IMG/VR virus record: IMGVR_UViG_3300011624_000001
Span: 1-64,000 of that record
Strand: one strand, 5' to 3'
DNA from: a virus
Taxonomy: Duplodnaviria > Caudoviricetes
DNA: 64,000 bases
Shown here: one piece after another, positions 16,799 to 26,480 of the stretch
How the letters are laid out: each line of letters begins with the position of its first letter
Numbering within the stretch: the stretch's first letter is position 1
Position numbers and translations under genes: made by a program
The notes under the pieces: model-generated
The model's database searches: none
Told to the model about the DNA's origin: nothing
Seen by the model: the letters and a program-made list of their open reading frames with translations, nothing else

Positions 16799-17556
16799 GA
16801 TGGCGGGAACAGATCGGCCTGCGGGTCGAGCGCGCGGACGGCAGCGCGCAGGGCATCGCGCGCCGTGCTGGCATACCCGATAACGCGCTCGCGCGGCTCG
16901 TCGGCGTGGTATTGGATGACGGAGAATTCCTTGTCGATGTCGTCGCCGACCAGCGCGGGCACATTTCCGGCCTTGACCGTGACCAGATTGGCTTCCACGA
17001 AGTCCAGCAGCTCGCGGTCGTTCTTCGCCGCCGCCATCTTGCCTGCCACGGTGCCGTCGGGCTTGCCGTCCATGTGCCAGCTCGAATGGCGGTCGAAATA
17101 GTCCTGCGCGTTCTTGAGCAGCGGGTTGTCGCCGTCGTCGTCATCGTCCTCGCCAGGGATCATGCCAGGACCGGCGAGGCCGTTCTCGACCCACTGCATA
17201 CCGGCTTCCGCGCCGTCGCCGTGCTTCCACTCGATCCAGGCGGCCTGATTGGCAACGGTCAGGTCATGGATGATGCTGCCCAGCTCGCGATTCATGCGGG
17301 TGCTCACGGTGACGTGCCGGATGATGTCGGCCGCGTCCAGGGGCTCTTTGCCGTTCACGGCCAGCACCTTGGAAACCTGCGCCAGCGTGGCGGCCGCGCC
17401 CTCGGTGATGGCGCGCATGACCTCGCGCACCAGCATGGCCGCGTTGTCGCCGGTCTGGTCTTCCAGCAGGCCACGAATCGCTTCATCGACGCCCGGCAGA
17501 TCGCAAATGCGCTGTGCCTCGGCCCATTCGCCGATGGTGTGGATGGTCGCGCTCAT
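16795..17556 (-). CDS. Hypothetical protein
   Basis: Start MSATIHTIG at ATGA overlap. Confidence 0.65.
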   Translation of the reverse strand: MSATIHTIGEWAEAQRICDLPGVDEAIRGLLEDQTGDNAAMLVREVMRAITEGAAATLAQVSKVLAVNGKEPLDAADIIRHVTVSTRMNRELGSIIHDLTVANQAAWIEWKHGDGAEAGMQWVENGLAGPGMIPGEDDDDDGDNPLLKNAQDYFDRHSSWHMDGKPDGTVAGKMAAAKNDRELLDFVEANLVTVKAGNVPALVGDDIDKEFSVIQYHADEPRERVIGYASTARDALRAAVRALDPQADLFPPS

Positions 17557-17888
17557 ACCGGCACCGCCCCGCCGCTGAGCGAATTGAGCTGCGCCGAAAA
17601 CTCGTCCTTGATCGCCTGGGTGCTGGCCGTGATCGCATCGTCCTGATTGCGGCTGATCGCATAAACGGCGGCCGCTTCGTCGGCGGTGTCGCACAGGTAC
17701 ACGCACGACTTGCGGGAAATGAAGTTGCCCAAGTTAGCGCCGTCGCGCTCGGCGACGTACACGCGCTTGCCCGACGACTTCGACACCTTGCGCGGCGCTT
17801 CGCAGATGCGATGGATCAGGCGCGAGGCCGGGCATACCCATTGGCCGGGCACGATTTCGGTTGAGTCACTGACTTTTTGGATTGCCAT
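17553..17888 (-). CDS. Hypothetical protein, first gene after early promoter
   Basis: GGAG RBS; downstream of promoter 17917..17946. Confidence 0.7.
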   Translation of the reverse strand: MAIQKVSDSTEIVPGQWVCPASRLIHRICEAPRKVSKSSGKRVYVAERDGANLGNFISRKSCVYLCDTADEAAAVYAISRNQDDAITASTQAIKDEFSAQLNSLSGGAVPV

Positions 17889-17916
17889 GGTTTTGCCCCT
17901 CCGTTAATGAATCACG

Positions 17917-17946
17917 ATTGTATGCGCTCATAAAGTGGATCGTCAA
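17917..17946 (-). promoter_or_regulatory. Early-type promoter/operator, copy 4
   Basis: TTGACG-atccact-TTATGAGCGCA-TACAAT. Confidence 0.82.
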
Positions 17947-17950
17947 GCGA

Positions 17951-18331
17951 TTATGGAATGCAGCGCGGCGAGCCGCCGCACACGTTGCGGTCGCTGAGGT
18001 CGAACTGGTGCGGTTCGCCATACCATTCGCGGTCATGGCCGCAGGAGCGGCACTCGAATTTCAGCGTGCCCTTCGCATCGCGCCAGAGCCCGTCGGGCAG
18101 TTCTTCGTTGTCCCATTCCTCCTGCTGCCATGCGGCGTGCTCGTCCGGCTTGCACACGCGGCATGGCAGGCGCGCCACGCTCGGGTCGTGCCCGTCGGCG
18201 TCCATATCGCTCATGTAGCCGTCGGTACACATCAGGTCCGGGTAGCTGGTGTCGCCGCTATAGCCCTGGCGGCCGCAGCCGGTAAAGGGCGGCAGCGCGC
18301 GACGGTGCTGGCGGCGCTGGTAGGCGTTCAT
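17951..18331 (-). CDS. Hypothetical Cys-rich protein
   Basis: C.DG....CRVC, CRSC, CGGSPRC.P. Confidence 0.7.
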   Translation of the reverse strand: MNAYQRRQHRRALPPFTGCGRQGYSGDTSYPDLMCTDGYMSDMDADGHDPSVARLPCRVCKPDEHAAWQQEEWDNEELPDGLWRDAKGTLKFECRSCGHDREWYGEPHQFDLSDRNVCGGSPRCIP

Positions 18332-18726
18332 GAGGCATCCCCTTCTGCTGCGGCTTCTATTGCCTTGTCGATGGCGCGATTGATCTGGTCCGCAAGCGTG
18401 TCTCCGTCGAGGCCTCCGATGTCAAAGCCTTCGGGGTCGTACAAGATCGCGATACCAGCGCCCTTCTCCACTTCGACGGTCAGCTCGTAGCCTTCCGGCA
18501 GATCGCCAGCGGCGCGCTTGATGGCCTTGCCCAGCGCCAGCCAGCGCGCGTCATCGCGAGAGGGGATCGTGGTGCCCTGGCGGCGAACCTGCGCCACCAG
18601 ATCGACAAGGCTGGCTTGCTTGGCCGCGCCGTCCACGCCGTTGAGCAGCACGTCCAGTTCGCGCACCAAGCGGCGATGGTCGGCCAGCACCTCGGCATAG
18701 ACGGCCGGGATTTCGCTGCCGCTCAC
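18328..18726 (-). CDS. Hypothetical protein
   Basis: ATGA overlap; RRLVRELDVLLNG..GAAKQASL.DLV motif. Confidence 0.7.
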   Translation of the reverse strand: MSGSEIPAVYAEVLADHRRLVRELDVLLNGVDGAAKQASLVDLVAQVRRQGTTIPSRDDARWLALGKAIKRAAGDLPEGYELTVEVEKGAGIAILYDPEGFDIGGLDGDTLADQINRAIDKAIEAAAEGDAS

Positions 18727-18863
18727 GACTGCGTTCCTGCGGCGGGCGCGGGCTGCGCTGGGGCGGCCGTTTGCTGCGGCGCGTGCTCAGCATGCCAGTC
18801 GGCGACGCTGGGCGATTCCGGGTATGGGAGCGGGACGGCCCGCACGGTGATATTGGTGTCCAT
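18723..18863 (-). CDS. Small hypothetical protein
   Basis: Likely start MDTNITV; start uncertain. Confidence 0.4.
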   Translation of the reverse strand: MDTNITVRAVPLPYPESPSVADWHAEHAPQQTAAPAQPAPAAGTQS

Positions 18864-18886
18864 AGATAGGTTTCCTGATAGTGATA

Positions 18887-19123
18887 TTAACGGCAACGGT
18901 CCAGAGCGTCGGCATCGTCCGAGCGCTGGCGGCATTTGGCGTCGCAGAAGTGCATGACGACCGGCTCGGGCAGCACGCGGGTATAGCGGCTGCGGCGCTG
19001 GGTCGCAGAAAAGATCGGGCGCTTGAGGGAGGTCGCCGGGTCTACAGGCTTGAAGCACCCGCCGCACGTCGGCGCGCGCGGGGGCGATACTGCTGGCGCT
19101 GGAGGTAGGTCTTTCGCAGACAT
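18887..19123 (-). CDS. Small Zn-binding hypothetical protein
   Basis: CGGC...HFCDAKC. Confidence 0.55.
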   Translation of the reverse strand: MSAKDLPPAPAVSPPRAPTCGGCFKPVDPATSLKRPIFSATQRRSRYTRVLPEPVVMHFCDAKCRQRSDDADALDRCR

Positions 19124-19130
19124 TTCTGTT

Positions 19131-19203
19131 CCTATATTTCTACTGGTAAATATAGGTATTCTAATTGAAACGTATGCGTGAGGAAATAGTGAAGCCTATA
19201 TTT
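19131..19203. promoter_or_regulatory. Palindromic operator-like site plus third half-site
   Basis: CCTATATTT-CTACTGGT-AAATATAGG (19131-19156) and CCTATATTT at 19195-19203 in an AT-rich divergent gap. Confidence 0.6.
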
Positions 19204-19210
19204 TATGGGG

Positions 19211-19253
19211 TAGGAAAAGCCAAAAAAGCCGGTTTGTACCCGCCCAGTAACAT
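19211..19253 (+). promoter_or_regulatory. Late-type promoter motif, copy 2
   Basis: TAGGAAAA-N29-TAACAT(G), before baseplate operon. Confidence 0.8.
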
Positions 19254-19258
19254 GGCGC

Positions 19259-19552
19259 ATGGACAAAATCACCGCCACCGAATTGCAGGGCATGGTGTCG
19301 CACTGGGTTGCGACGCCGCCGAACGGCTACCTGGGCAGCAACTACGGCGCGGACGCGCATTCGATGCTGCAAAACCCGATGAGAACCGGCCTTGCCGACT
19401 CTTTCCTGAACAAGCTGCGCAACGACGTGCCGCTGGTGGGCGCGCTGCCGCCTGGGGCCGTCAATATGTACGCCCAGGATGACGGGCTGGACAAGCGAAC
19501 AATCATGATCGAGGCATCCGGCCAACTGGTCGCCCTCGGGAGCAACACGTAA
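19259..19552 (+). CDS. Baseplate assembly protein (gp25/PmgA-like)
   Basis: HWVATPPNGYLGSNYG; position before wedge gene. Confidence 0.6.
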   Translation: MDKITATELQGMVSHWVATPPNGYLGSNYGADAHSMLQNPMRTGLADSFLNKLRNDVPLVGALPPGAVNMYAQDDGLDKRTIMIEASGQLVALGSNT

Positions 19553-20985
19553 TGGCATACACCCTCGAAGACTTCCAGGCGGCGATTGCGGCCGAAATCT
19601 CAAACTACCCTATCGCCTCCCAGTTCTACCAAGCGGGCGATCCGCGCCTGCTGGCCCAGCTCGGCGCGATGGCGACCATGCTCACGATGGTGTCGCAGCA
19701 GCTCGACGTGGAAAGCATGGAGCCCTTCACCAAGGCGCGCGATACGACCGTGCTGGCCGACGCCACCCTGCGCGGTATCCTGCCGTTTGCGCGCCCTGCC
19801 CGCGTCACCCTGGCCGTCACGAACGGCTCGAACGCGCCGCTGCCCATCAGCATCGGCCGCCGCCTGATCGGGCCGCAGAATCGCGTCTATGTTGTCGAGA
19901 CTGCCGCCAACATCAGCCCAGGCGCAACGGTGACGGTCAGCGCCAAGCAGCTCACGACGCGCACCTATTCGCACACGGTCGCGAACTCGGCCCCCTTCTA
20001 CTCGGTGAAGGTGCCGCCGTCGGCCGACACGGAGCAGTTCATCAGCGGTGTCTACGTGTCCATCGCGGGCGTGCAGTACCCCTACACGCCGGAATTCGCC
20101 AACCTCGGGCCGAACGAGCCGGGCTTTACCCTGGAAACCGACGAGTACCGCAACCTGCATGCCAAGTTCGGCTGGAAAGACACGTTCGGCGTCCAGCCCG
20201 CCAATGGTGCCGTGATCGACTTCATCATCGAAGAATCGGGCGGCCAAGCCGAGCTGGCCGCCAGCGCCCCGTTCACGCTGGAAACCAGCGTCACGCCCGC
20301 CGACCTGGGTGCGCGGATCGTCCTGAGCGCCGTTGCCTTCCCTGGTGCGCACCCGTTCAACGTGACCGAGCTGCGCGAGCTGTCGCAGTACCCGAGCACC
20401 TACGATGCGTCGGCGGTCTACCTGGGCAATTTCGAGTTCCTGGTGCGCTCGAACATCAAGCCGCTGCGCTTTCTGTCGGTCTGGAACGAGAAGATCGAGG
20501 AAACCGTGCGCCCGGCCGCCTTCAAGAACATCAACAAGCTGTTCATCGCGGCCCTCATGGACGGCACCACGCCCGCATGGCTGCAAGGCGAGATTGCCAA
20601 GGTCATCGGCGCGGCCGACGACTCGTACTACCTCGAATTCGTCACGCCGGTCAGCGTGGAAGTGCCGGTAACGGTCAACGCCCAGGTGTCGATCGTGCAT
20701 GACCCGGATGACATCAAGAGCAAGATCAAGGGCGCGCTGCTGGCGCTGTACGGACGCGATTCGTCGGCCGCCTCGCACGGCATGCTCGCCTTGAACAACA
20801 AGCGCATGTACGACGAGCTGCGCGCCAAGGTGACGGCGCTGCAAGACGCCGGGAGCGACTTCCAGCTTTCGGTGCCGTCGCTGGCCGGGGCCGTCAAACC
20901 CGAGCACTACCGCTACCTGACGGACGCCTCGATCACGGTCAACGTGACGCAATCGACCTACAACGATGGCCTGTGGAGCCATTAA
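19552..20985 (+). CDS. Baseplate wedge protein (baseplate J / P1 BplA-like)
   Basis: 477 aa, G.LP..RPA..TL, F.FG....G..P..G motifs, context. Confidence 0.7.
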   Translation: MAYTLEDFQAAIAAEISNYPIASQFYQAGDPRLLAQLGAMATMLTMVSQQLDVESMEPFTKARDTTVLADATLRGILPFARPARVTLAVTNGSNAPLPISIGRRLIGPQNRVYVVETAANISPGATVTVSAKQLTTRTYSHTVANSAPFYSVKVPPSADTEQFISGVYVSIAGVQYPYTPEFANLGPNEPGFTLETDEYRNLHAKFGWKDTFGVQPANGAVIDFIIEESGGQAELAASAPFTLETSVTPADLGARIVLSAVAFPGAHPFNVTELRELSQYPSTYDASAVYLGNFEFLVRSNIKPLRFLSVWNEKIEETVRPAAFKNINKLFIAALMDGTTPAWLQGEIAKVIGAADDSYYLEFVTPVSVEVPVTVNAQVSIVHDPDDIKSKIKGALLALYGRDSSAASHGMLALNNKRMYDELRAKVTALQDAGSDFQLSVPSLAGAVKPEHYRYLTDASITVNVTQSTYNDGLWSH

Positions 20986-20988
20986 GCG

Positions 20989-21879
20989 ATGTCGAACCTG
21001 ACCCCGATTGACCCGCCCAGCCTTGCCCCGCTGGCGGGCAGCTTTGAACAGAACCAGCTCGAAAGCGAGCTGAAAAAAGTGTTCCTGGCCGTGTTCGAGA
21101 AGCTGGTTCGCGAGCGCGAGCGGGCGCTGAACCTGTACGGCATGGCGCACCTGGGCGGCGACGAGCTGGTGGCGCGCAACCTGTACGGCGATGGCCTCGC
21201 CGTGATCCGACGCGACGCCGAGCGCGTGCGCTTTCTGCTCAAGGCATGGCGTGCCCGCAACCCGAAGCGCGGCATGCTGTTCCTGCGCACCTACCTGCAA
21301 ACGATCTGGCCGAACGAATGGCGGATCGACCAGTTTTGGCACCCGATTGCAACCGCGCTGGAATACCCCGCGCACAAGACCACCTACGGCAGTCCGAAAA
21401 CCCACTTTTTGACCAGTCGCGTGCGCGTGGGCGTTACCGTGGAAGCCGACGACGGCACTGGCCTGGTGGCGATGCAGAAGGCGCTGCGCTCGACGCTGGC
21501 CGCGCGCTTGGTGCTGGAGCTGGTGCTGAACGTGGAAATGGAGAACGCAGGCGCAACAGGCCTCGGGCTGTCCAATGGCGGGATCGGGATGACGCTCCTG
21601 CATGGCGAGGGCAAGCTGATTGCGCAGGACGTTGTGACCTCGCCGCTGCCGATCCTCCTGGGCGCTGTCATTGGCATGCCAGCGAAGTTCCAAGGATCAC
21701 TGCGCATTCCAGGGGTGTACGGCAATGGCGTCGCCATCAACGACGGCGCGGCCATCGACCAGTCGGTGAGCTTGATCGGGTCAATGACGCAGGCCGATTC
21801 CTGGGGCGGCGAGCTGGCATATGCGAACGGGATGGACTTGGGAATGCCGGTGTACATCGTAGGCAAAATTCGACTTTAA
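20989..21879 (+). CDS. Baseplate wedge partner (P1 gp16-like)
   Basis: Follows wedge gene; RGMLFLRTYLQTIWP. Confidence 0.55.
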   Translation: MSNLTPIDPPSLAPLAGSFEQNQLESELKKVFLAVFEKLVRERERALNLYGMAHLGGDELVARNLYGDGLAVIRRDAERVRFLLKAWRARNPKRGMLFLRTYLQTIWPNEWRIDQFWHPIATALEYPAHKTTYGSPKTHFLTSRVRVGVTVEADDGTGLVAMQKALRSTLAARLVLELVLNVEMENAGATGLGLSNGGIGMTLLHGEGKLIAQDVVTSPLPILLGAVIGMPAKFQGSLRIPGVYGNGVAINDGAAIDQSVSLIGSMTQADSWGGELAYANGMDLGMPVYIVGKIRL

Positions 21880-21888
21880 GGGCAACAC

Positions 21889-22734
21889 ATGACTGACATT
21901 ATTCGCTACAACGTGAACGAGCGCGGCCGCCAGCATCGCGGCCAGGATCGCCATTTCGACCTGCGGGCGCTCGCCGCCCTGGTCAACTCTCCCGCCGTGC
22001 AGGAGCGCGTGCGCAACCGCGATATGGTCGGCTACTACGGCCACTGGCAGCGCATGCGCTTCGGCATGACGCCGCCCGAAACCGTCATTGTGGACGGCAA
22101 GAGCGTCAATATCGAACCGGCCATTGTCACGACCTACTTGCGCGCCGAGGCGGACGGCACCATCGAGCACCGCACCGAATTCCTCGACACGGCATCGGGG
22201 AAGGTAGCGCGCCGCCTGGACAAGAGCAAGACGGGCGGCTTCTCCAGTGCCATCGACGCCATCGCGCGCGGCGGCCAGCATGTGCCGACCCTGTTTGCGG
22301 GCTTCGACTACGTGCTCGAACCGAACTATACGACCAATCGCACCTACCTGCTCGACAGCGCCCAGGCGGCCGCAGACGGCTCGATCTTCGATTTCGTGAT
22401 GGCTGACCATTACCAGAGCACTGAGCGCATGGCGGCCCTGTACGACAGCCTGCAAGGCGACCATATGCGAGCCATGGAAACGATGCAGCGCCTCATGGAA
22501 GAAAACGAGCAACTGCTGTCCATGATTTCGTCGGGGCGTGGTGCCGCGATCCTCGATAGCGTCGGCAGCGAAGCCATTGCGCCGCGCATGGTGTCGAAGA
22601 AGGCCACCGACCACTTCGCCAGGACGGCCGCCATGTTCCGCGGCGCTTCCCTGGCCGCCCTGGATAGCCTGCCGGACGAGCGCGGCGATATGATCCTCGA
22701 CCAAGTGAGCCAGCATTACGGGGTGCCGAAATGA
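21889..22734 (+). CDS. Prohead (head-processing) protease
   Basis: YYGH, GGFSSA, GFDYV..PN: His/Ser/Asp arrangement of phage prohead proteases; coiled-coil C-terminus. Confidence 0.7.
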   Translation: MTDIIRYNVNERGRQHRGQDRHFDLRALAALVNSPAVQERVRNRDMVGYYGHWQRMRFGMTPPETVIVDGKSVNIEPAIVTTYLRAEADGTIEHRTEFLDTASGKVARRLDKSKTGGFSSAIDAIARGGQHVPTLFAGFDYVLEPNYTTNRTYLLDSAQAAADGSIFDFVMADHYQSTERMAALYDSLQGDHMRAMETMQRLMEENEQLLSMISSGRGAAILDSVGSEAIAPRMVSKKATDHFARTAAMFRGASLAALDSLPDERGDMILDQVSQHYGVPK

Positions 22735-23519
22735 GCATGCTGACCCCGTTGCAGGAGGCCTTCGGCGGCTACATGGGGCGCTTCTACGCCCAGCTCGTCG
22801 CCGACACCCCGGCCATGGCCGAATTCATCGCGCGCGGCCTGCCTCGGTCGATTGCCTGGGCACCCGGCCGCATGATCGACGCGGTAGAGGAAATGCTGGC
22901 CGAGTGGCGCAAGAACGACAACGCCGACGGCCCGAGCGATTCGGCATACCTGCCCGTCATCCTGTGCGCGATGAGCAAGGACTTCACCCCATCCATGGCC
23001 GACTGGAACGTGTCCGTAGGCCGGGCCATCGACGTGATGAGCCCGGACGATCCGCACCAGCGCCGGTTCAAGCTGCGCACGTCGTCCAACGAATACCGCG
23101 TGCAGATCGTGTTCATCGCACCCGAGGCGGGCACCGCGCACAGCCTCGCGATGCAGTTCAACGTGTGGGCGAACGGCGACGGCGGCCGCCGCTTCACGCA
23201 CCGGCACATGCACGCCGGGGTGGCGCACGACTTCCCGGCCGTGCTGGAGGAAATCGACATCGGCGCGATGGACGCGCGCGCCGAGCAAAAGAACATCACG
23301 ATCCTGACCGCCAACATGAACGTGCGCGCCTCGATCCCCATGTTCCAGGCACCGGGCGCGGGCGAGGCGAACGACAGCAAGCCAGCGCCAGCCGGATACC
23401 CGGTCGTGCTGGAGGTCAATGCGTTCGACACCGTGAGCCGCAATCGCATCATCAGCACCGTCGAAGCCGACCGGCAGCTTGTAACCCAATGGGTACACGA
23501 AGATGGAGCGAGCCAATGA
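22731..23519 (+). CDS. Putative structural (neck/tail completion-like) protein
   Basis: Late operon position only. Confidence 0.55.
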   Translation: MSMLTPLQEAFGGYMGRFYAQLVADTPAMAEFIARGLPRSIAWAPGRMIDAVEEMLAEWRKNDNADGPSDSAYLPVILCAMSKDFTPSMADWNVSVGRAIDVMSPDDPHQRRFKLRTSSNEYRVQIVFIAPEAGTAHSLAMQFNVWANGDGGRRFTHRHMHAGVAHDFPAVLEEIDIGAMDARAEQKNITILTANMNVRASIPMFQAPGAGEANDSKPAPAGYPVVLEVNAFDTVSRNRIISTVEADRQLVTQWVHEDGASQ

Positions 23520-23974
23520 CGATCCGACTGCAAGCGGAGGTGACGGGCTACAACGGCCCGGCCGTGAACCTCCTGGGTGCGCTGGACCCGGATAGCGGGC
23601 TGCTGATCGTGGCGCGCGAGCTGGCCGTCGGCGAGCGCCAGGACGAAACGATGGTCACGTCCAACGACCCGCGATCCGAGCGCCGCGACCGGCTCTTTTC
23701 GGAGGACGATCTACAGGAGTCGATCCGGCTGTTCTTCCGGGCGAAATCCACCGCCATGATCGAGCTGCTGCCGACCGTCACGAAGCATGAGCCTGCGCAC
23801 AAGATCGAGACAAACGGCATGGACGAACACGGCACCAAGTACCGGCTGTCGCCCGACATCACGAACGGGAACGTCGCAATCCTGGCGCTGGCCGCCCTGG
23901 CTGACCGGGCCTATAAGTCGCAAGCGGCCACGTCGTTCTCCGACGAGCTGGCCGAGCTGTTCGCCTCGATATAG
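23516..23974 (+). CDS. Hypothetical late protein
   Basis: Start MTIRLQA at ATGA overlap. Confidence 0.65.
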   Translation: MTIRLQAEVTGYNGPAVNLLGALDPDSGLLIVARELAVGERQDETMVTSNDPRSERRDRLFSEDDLQESIRLFFRAKSTAMIELLPTVTKHEPAHKIETNGMDEHGTKYRLSPDITNGNVAILALAALADRAYKSQAATSFSDELAELFASI

Positions 23975-24014
23975 GAAAAGCGCCGCCAGCGCGCGCGTGC
24001 GCGGACCGCAGAAT
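23972..24014 (+). promoter_or_regulatory. Late-type promoter motif, copy 3
   Basis: TAGGAAAA-N29-CAGAAT(G); TAG is the upstream stop codon. Confidence 0.8.
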
Positions 24015-24040
24015 GATGTAACCCGTCATTCGAGGCATAC

Positions 24041-25147
24041 ATGGTTCCGCTTAACCCCAAGATTACAAACGCTGGCCTTGCGCTGTTTCCCAACCCGACC
24101 GCGACGGGATTTCAGGTAACGCTGACCCATATTGGCATCGGCACGGCGCGGTACAACCCGACCGGGACCGAGGGCGCGCTGAAAGCCGAGGTGGCCCGGT
24201 TCCCGATCATCGCCGGGGGCATCGCCGCCGCCGTCCCAAACCAAGTCCAGATCGGCGCGAACATCACCGACAAAGACCCGTCCGGGCGCTCGGCGAACGA
24301 CCAGTGGATCGGTGAAATCGGCTTCTATGCGGGGCCGGTGCTGTTCGCGGTCTGGAGCCGGGCCGACAAGGCGCTGTTCTATAAAACGTCCGACTTCGAT
24401 GTGCCGGTTGCGTATCGGATCGACGTGTCGCGCCTGCCTGTCAACTCGGTGACTGTCACCGTGGATGCCGGGAGCGCAGGCATGCAGGCGCTTCTATTCC
24501 AGCATGAGAATCGCGTCGATCCGCACCCGCAATACCTGACGAAAGAGCGCGGCGACGCACTGTTCCTGACGCCTGCCGAGGGCAATGCCGCCTACGAGGC
24601 GCGCTTCCCGAAGGGCACCCGCCTACTGTTCCAGCAGACCGCTGCGCCAGTCGGGTGGACGAAGATCACCGAATTCCACGATGCCGCGCTGCGCGTGGTC
24701 AATGGCGACGCGGGCTCGGGCGGCACGATGAATTTCTCGTCCGCGTTCACCTCGCGCACGCCCACTGGCTCTGTCGATACTTCCGGCTCGGTGCGCACCA
24801 GCGGCACCGTCACCACCACCGGCACGGCCGCGCCGACCACGCTCAGCTCGTCGCAGATGCCTTCGCACAACCACAGCAGCGGCGAGTACAGCTACCTGTT
24901 GCGTCCGCCATATGTCGATTCGTTGACGGGCGATGACTATGTTGGAAGTGGCTATGAGCAGGCCGTCGGCCCCAGTGATGGCGGACCAATTAGCAGCGCT
25001 GGCGGCGGCGGTTCCCACTCGCACGCCCTGGCTGTGTCATCGACCTTAAGCGCCAGCTCAAGCTTTTCCGGCTCGTCCTCGTTCTCGGGCACGGCCATGA
25101 ACTTCGCCGTCAAATATGCCGACGTGATTATCGCGAGTAAAGACTGA
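24041..25147 (+). CDS. Receptor-binding/tail fibre protein 1
   Basis: Shared N-terminal anchor; DPHPQY; collar-like FQQT.AP.GW; SH.H motifs. Confidence 0.8.
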   Translation: MVPLNPKITNAGLALFPNPTATGFQVTLTHIGIGTARYNPTGTEGALKAEVARFPIIAGGIAAAVPNQVQIGANITDKDPSGRSANDQWIGEIGFYAGPVLFAVWSRADKALFYKTSDFDVPVAYRIDVSRLPVNSVTVTVDAGSAGMQALLFQHENRVDPHPQYLTKERGDALFLTPAEGNAAYEARFPKGTRLLFQQTAAPVGWTKITEFHDAALRVVNGDAGSGGTMNFSSAFTSRTPTGSVDTSGSVRTSGTVTTTGTAAPTTLSSSQMPSHNHSSGEYSYLLRPPYVDSLTGDDYVGSGYEQAVGPSDGGPISSAGGGGSHSHALAVSSTLSASSSFSGSSSFSGTAMNFAVKYADVIIASKD

Positions 25148-25473
25148 TGGAACTGAAAACTGACAAATTCTGCCCCCTCATCAAAAAGGACTGCAAGCAG
25201 CTCGGCTGTAGCTGGTTCACGCGCGTGCGCGGCAACGACCCGCAATCCGGCCGCGAGATAGATGAATGGGGCTGCGCGATCACATGGCTTCCTGTCCTGT
25301 TGATCGCGACCGCCAACGAGGCCCGCCAGGGCGCGGCCGCCACTGAGTCGTTCCGCAATGCTGTCGTCGGCGCGCGGCCAGCGCACGCGGGCGCGCCATC
25401 AAGCGTAGCAGCGCAAGCAGCCGACGTGATCGAAACGGTCGCAACGCCACCACAAATCCAAACCGAGAGCTAA
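25147..25473 (+). CDS. Fibre-associated Cys-rich protein
   Basis: FCPLIKKDC..LGCSWF...WGCAI.WLP. Confidence 0.65.
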   Translation: MELKTDKFCPLIKKDCKQLGCSWFTRVRGNDPQSGREIDEWGCAITWLPVLLIATANEARQGAAATESFRNAVVGARPAHAGAPSSVAAQAADVIETVATPPQIQTES

Positions 25474-25476
25474 ACA

Positions 25477-26133
25477 ATGAAATTGACCATCATCCCCGAC
25501 GATCAGACCGTCACCATCGACGGCGAGCGCTTCGCCATTGACTGCGCCGATTTAGTCGCGCAGCGTATTCACGCGGTCCAGTGGGATGGCGTGCGCGGGC
25601 ACATCGAATTCCGCGACGCCGACGACGGCAACAAGCCAGCCAACGAGCTGATCGAGAGCGTCGCCCGCTTCCAGCCCTTGATCGACGCATGGCACGATGC
25701 CAAGGGCATCAAAGAGAATCCGCCGCCGCCTGCCCCGCTGTCTCTGGAGGCGGCCAAGGCGAGCGCGCTGCGCCGCATCAACGCGCGGTGCGCAGTCGAG
25801 CTGAAAAACGTCAAGGAGGGCTATCCAGGCGACGAAGTGCAATCGTGGGCCAAGCAGGAGGCCGAGGCGCGCGCCTATACCGCCGACACGGCCGCCCCAA
25901 CGCCACTGCTGTCGGCCATGAGCGAGGCGCGCGGCGTGCCGCTGGACGAGCTGGTGCTCAAGGTCATCGAGAAAGCGGATTTGTTCGCCGTGGTGAGCGG
26001 CCGCATCATCGGCACCCGGCAGGCCTGCGAGGACGCCATCATGGCCGCGCAGGAGGCCGAGGAAGCGCTGGCCGTGACGTGGCCTGAGCCAGAGGTGCCC
26101 GAGGCTCCAGAGCCCGAGGAATCACCGCTGTGA
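25477..26133 (+). CDS. Tail fibre assembly chaperone-like protein
   Basis: IHAVQW, E..SW.KQ..EA.AY, Position after fibre. Confidence 0.65.
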   Translation: MKLTIIPDDQTVTIDGERFAIDCADLVAQRIHAVQWDGVRGHIEFRDADDGNKPANELIESVARFQPLIDAWHDAKGIKENPPPPAPLSLEAAKASALRRINARCAVELKNVKEGYPGDEVQSWAKQEAEARAYTADTAAPTPLLSAMSEARGVPLDELVLKVIEKADLFAVVSGRIIGTRQACEDAIMAAQEAEEALAVTWPEPEVPEAPEPEESPL

Positions 26134-26414
26134 GCCGCTGGGCGATGCTGGGGCTATGGTTCGTCGCGCAACTGGCCCATATCTTCGCTTCCGTGCGCAT
26201 GATCTTTTTCATCATCGGCGGAAGTGAGCGCGGTGAGCGCGTCCTGCTCGCGTATGACCGCCTCGGTAACGTGGCTGCCGGTGGCGAGGACAATGAAACC
26301 ATCAGCAGCCGTGCCAATCGTGAGCGCCAAGCGGGATCACGCGGCTGGTGCCTGCTCTGTCGCATCCTTGATTGGTTCGACAAAGACCACTGCGAGAAAT
26401 CGGCCGGGGTGTAG
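26130..26414 (+). CDS. Conserved phage hypothetical protein
   Basis: D.LGNVAAGG..NETISSRA...C.LC..LD..DK.HC. Confidence 0.7.
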   Translation: MSRWAMLGLWFVAQLAHIFASVRMIFFIIGGSERGERVLLAYDRLGNVAAGGEDNETISSRANRERQAGSRGWCLLCRILDWFDKDHCEKSAGV

Positions 26415-26454
26415 GAAAACCGGGGCCAATCTAGCGCCCCGCCAGCCCGAGAAT
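26412..26454 (+). promoter_or_regulatory. Late-type promoter motif, copy 4
   Basis: TAGGAAAA-N29-GAGAAT(G); TAG is the upstream stop. Confidence 0.8.
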
Positions 26455-26480
26455 GAGGCAACTAATCATTCGAGGACGTA

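Noticed and set aside
19600-21693. Long antisense ORFs (also 29022..30539, 43410..45569, 45609..49418, 50370..52352, 62319..63917)
   Set aside because: Shadows of strongly codon-biased + strand genes in high-GC DNA; no RBS or recognisable motifs
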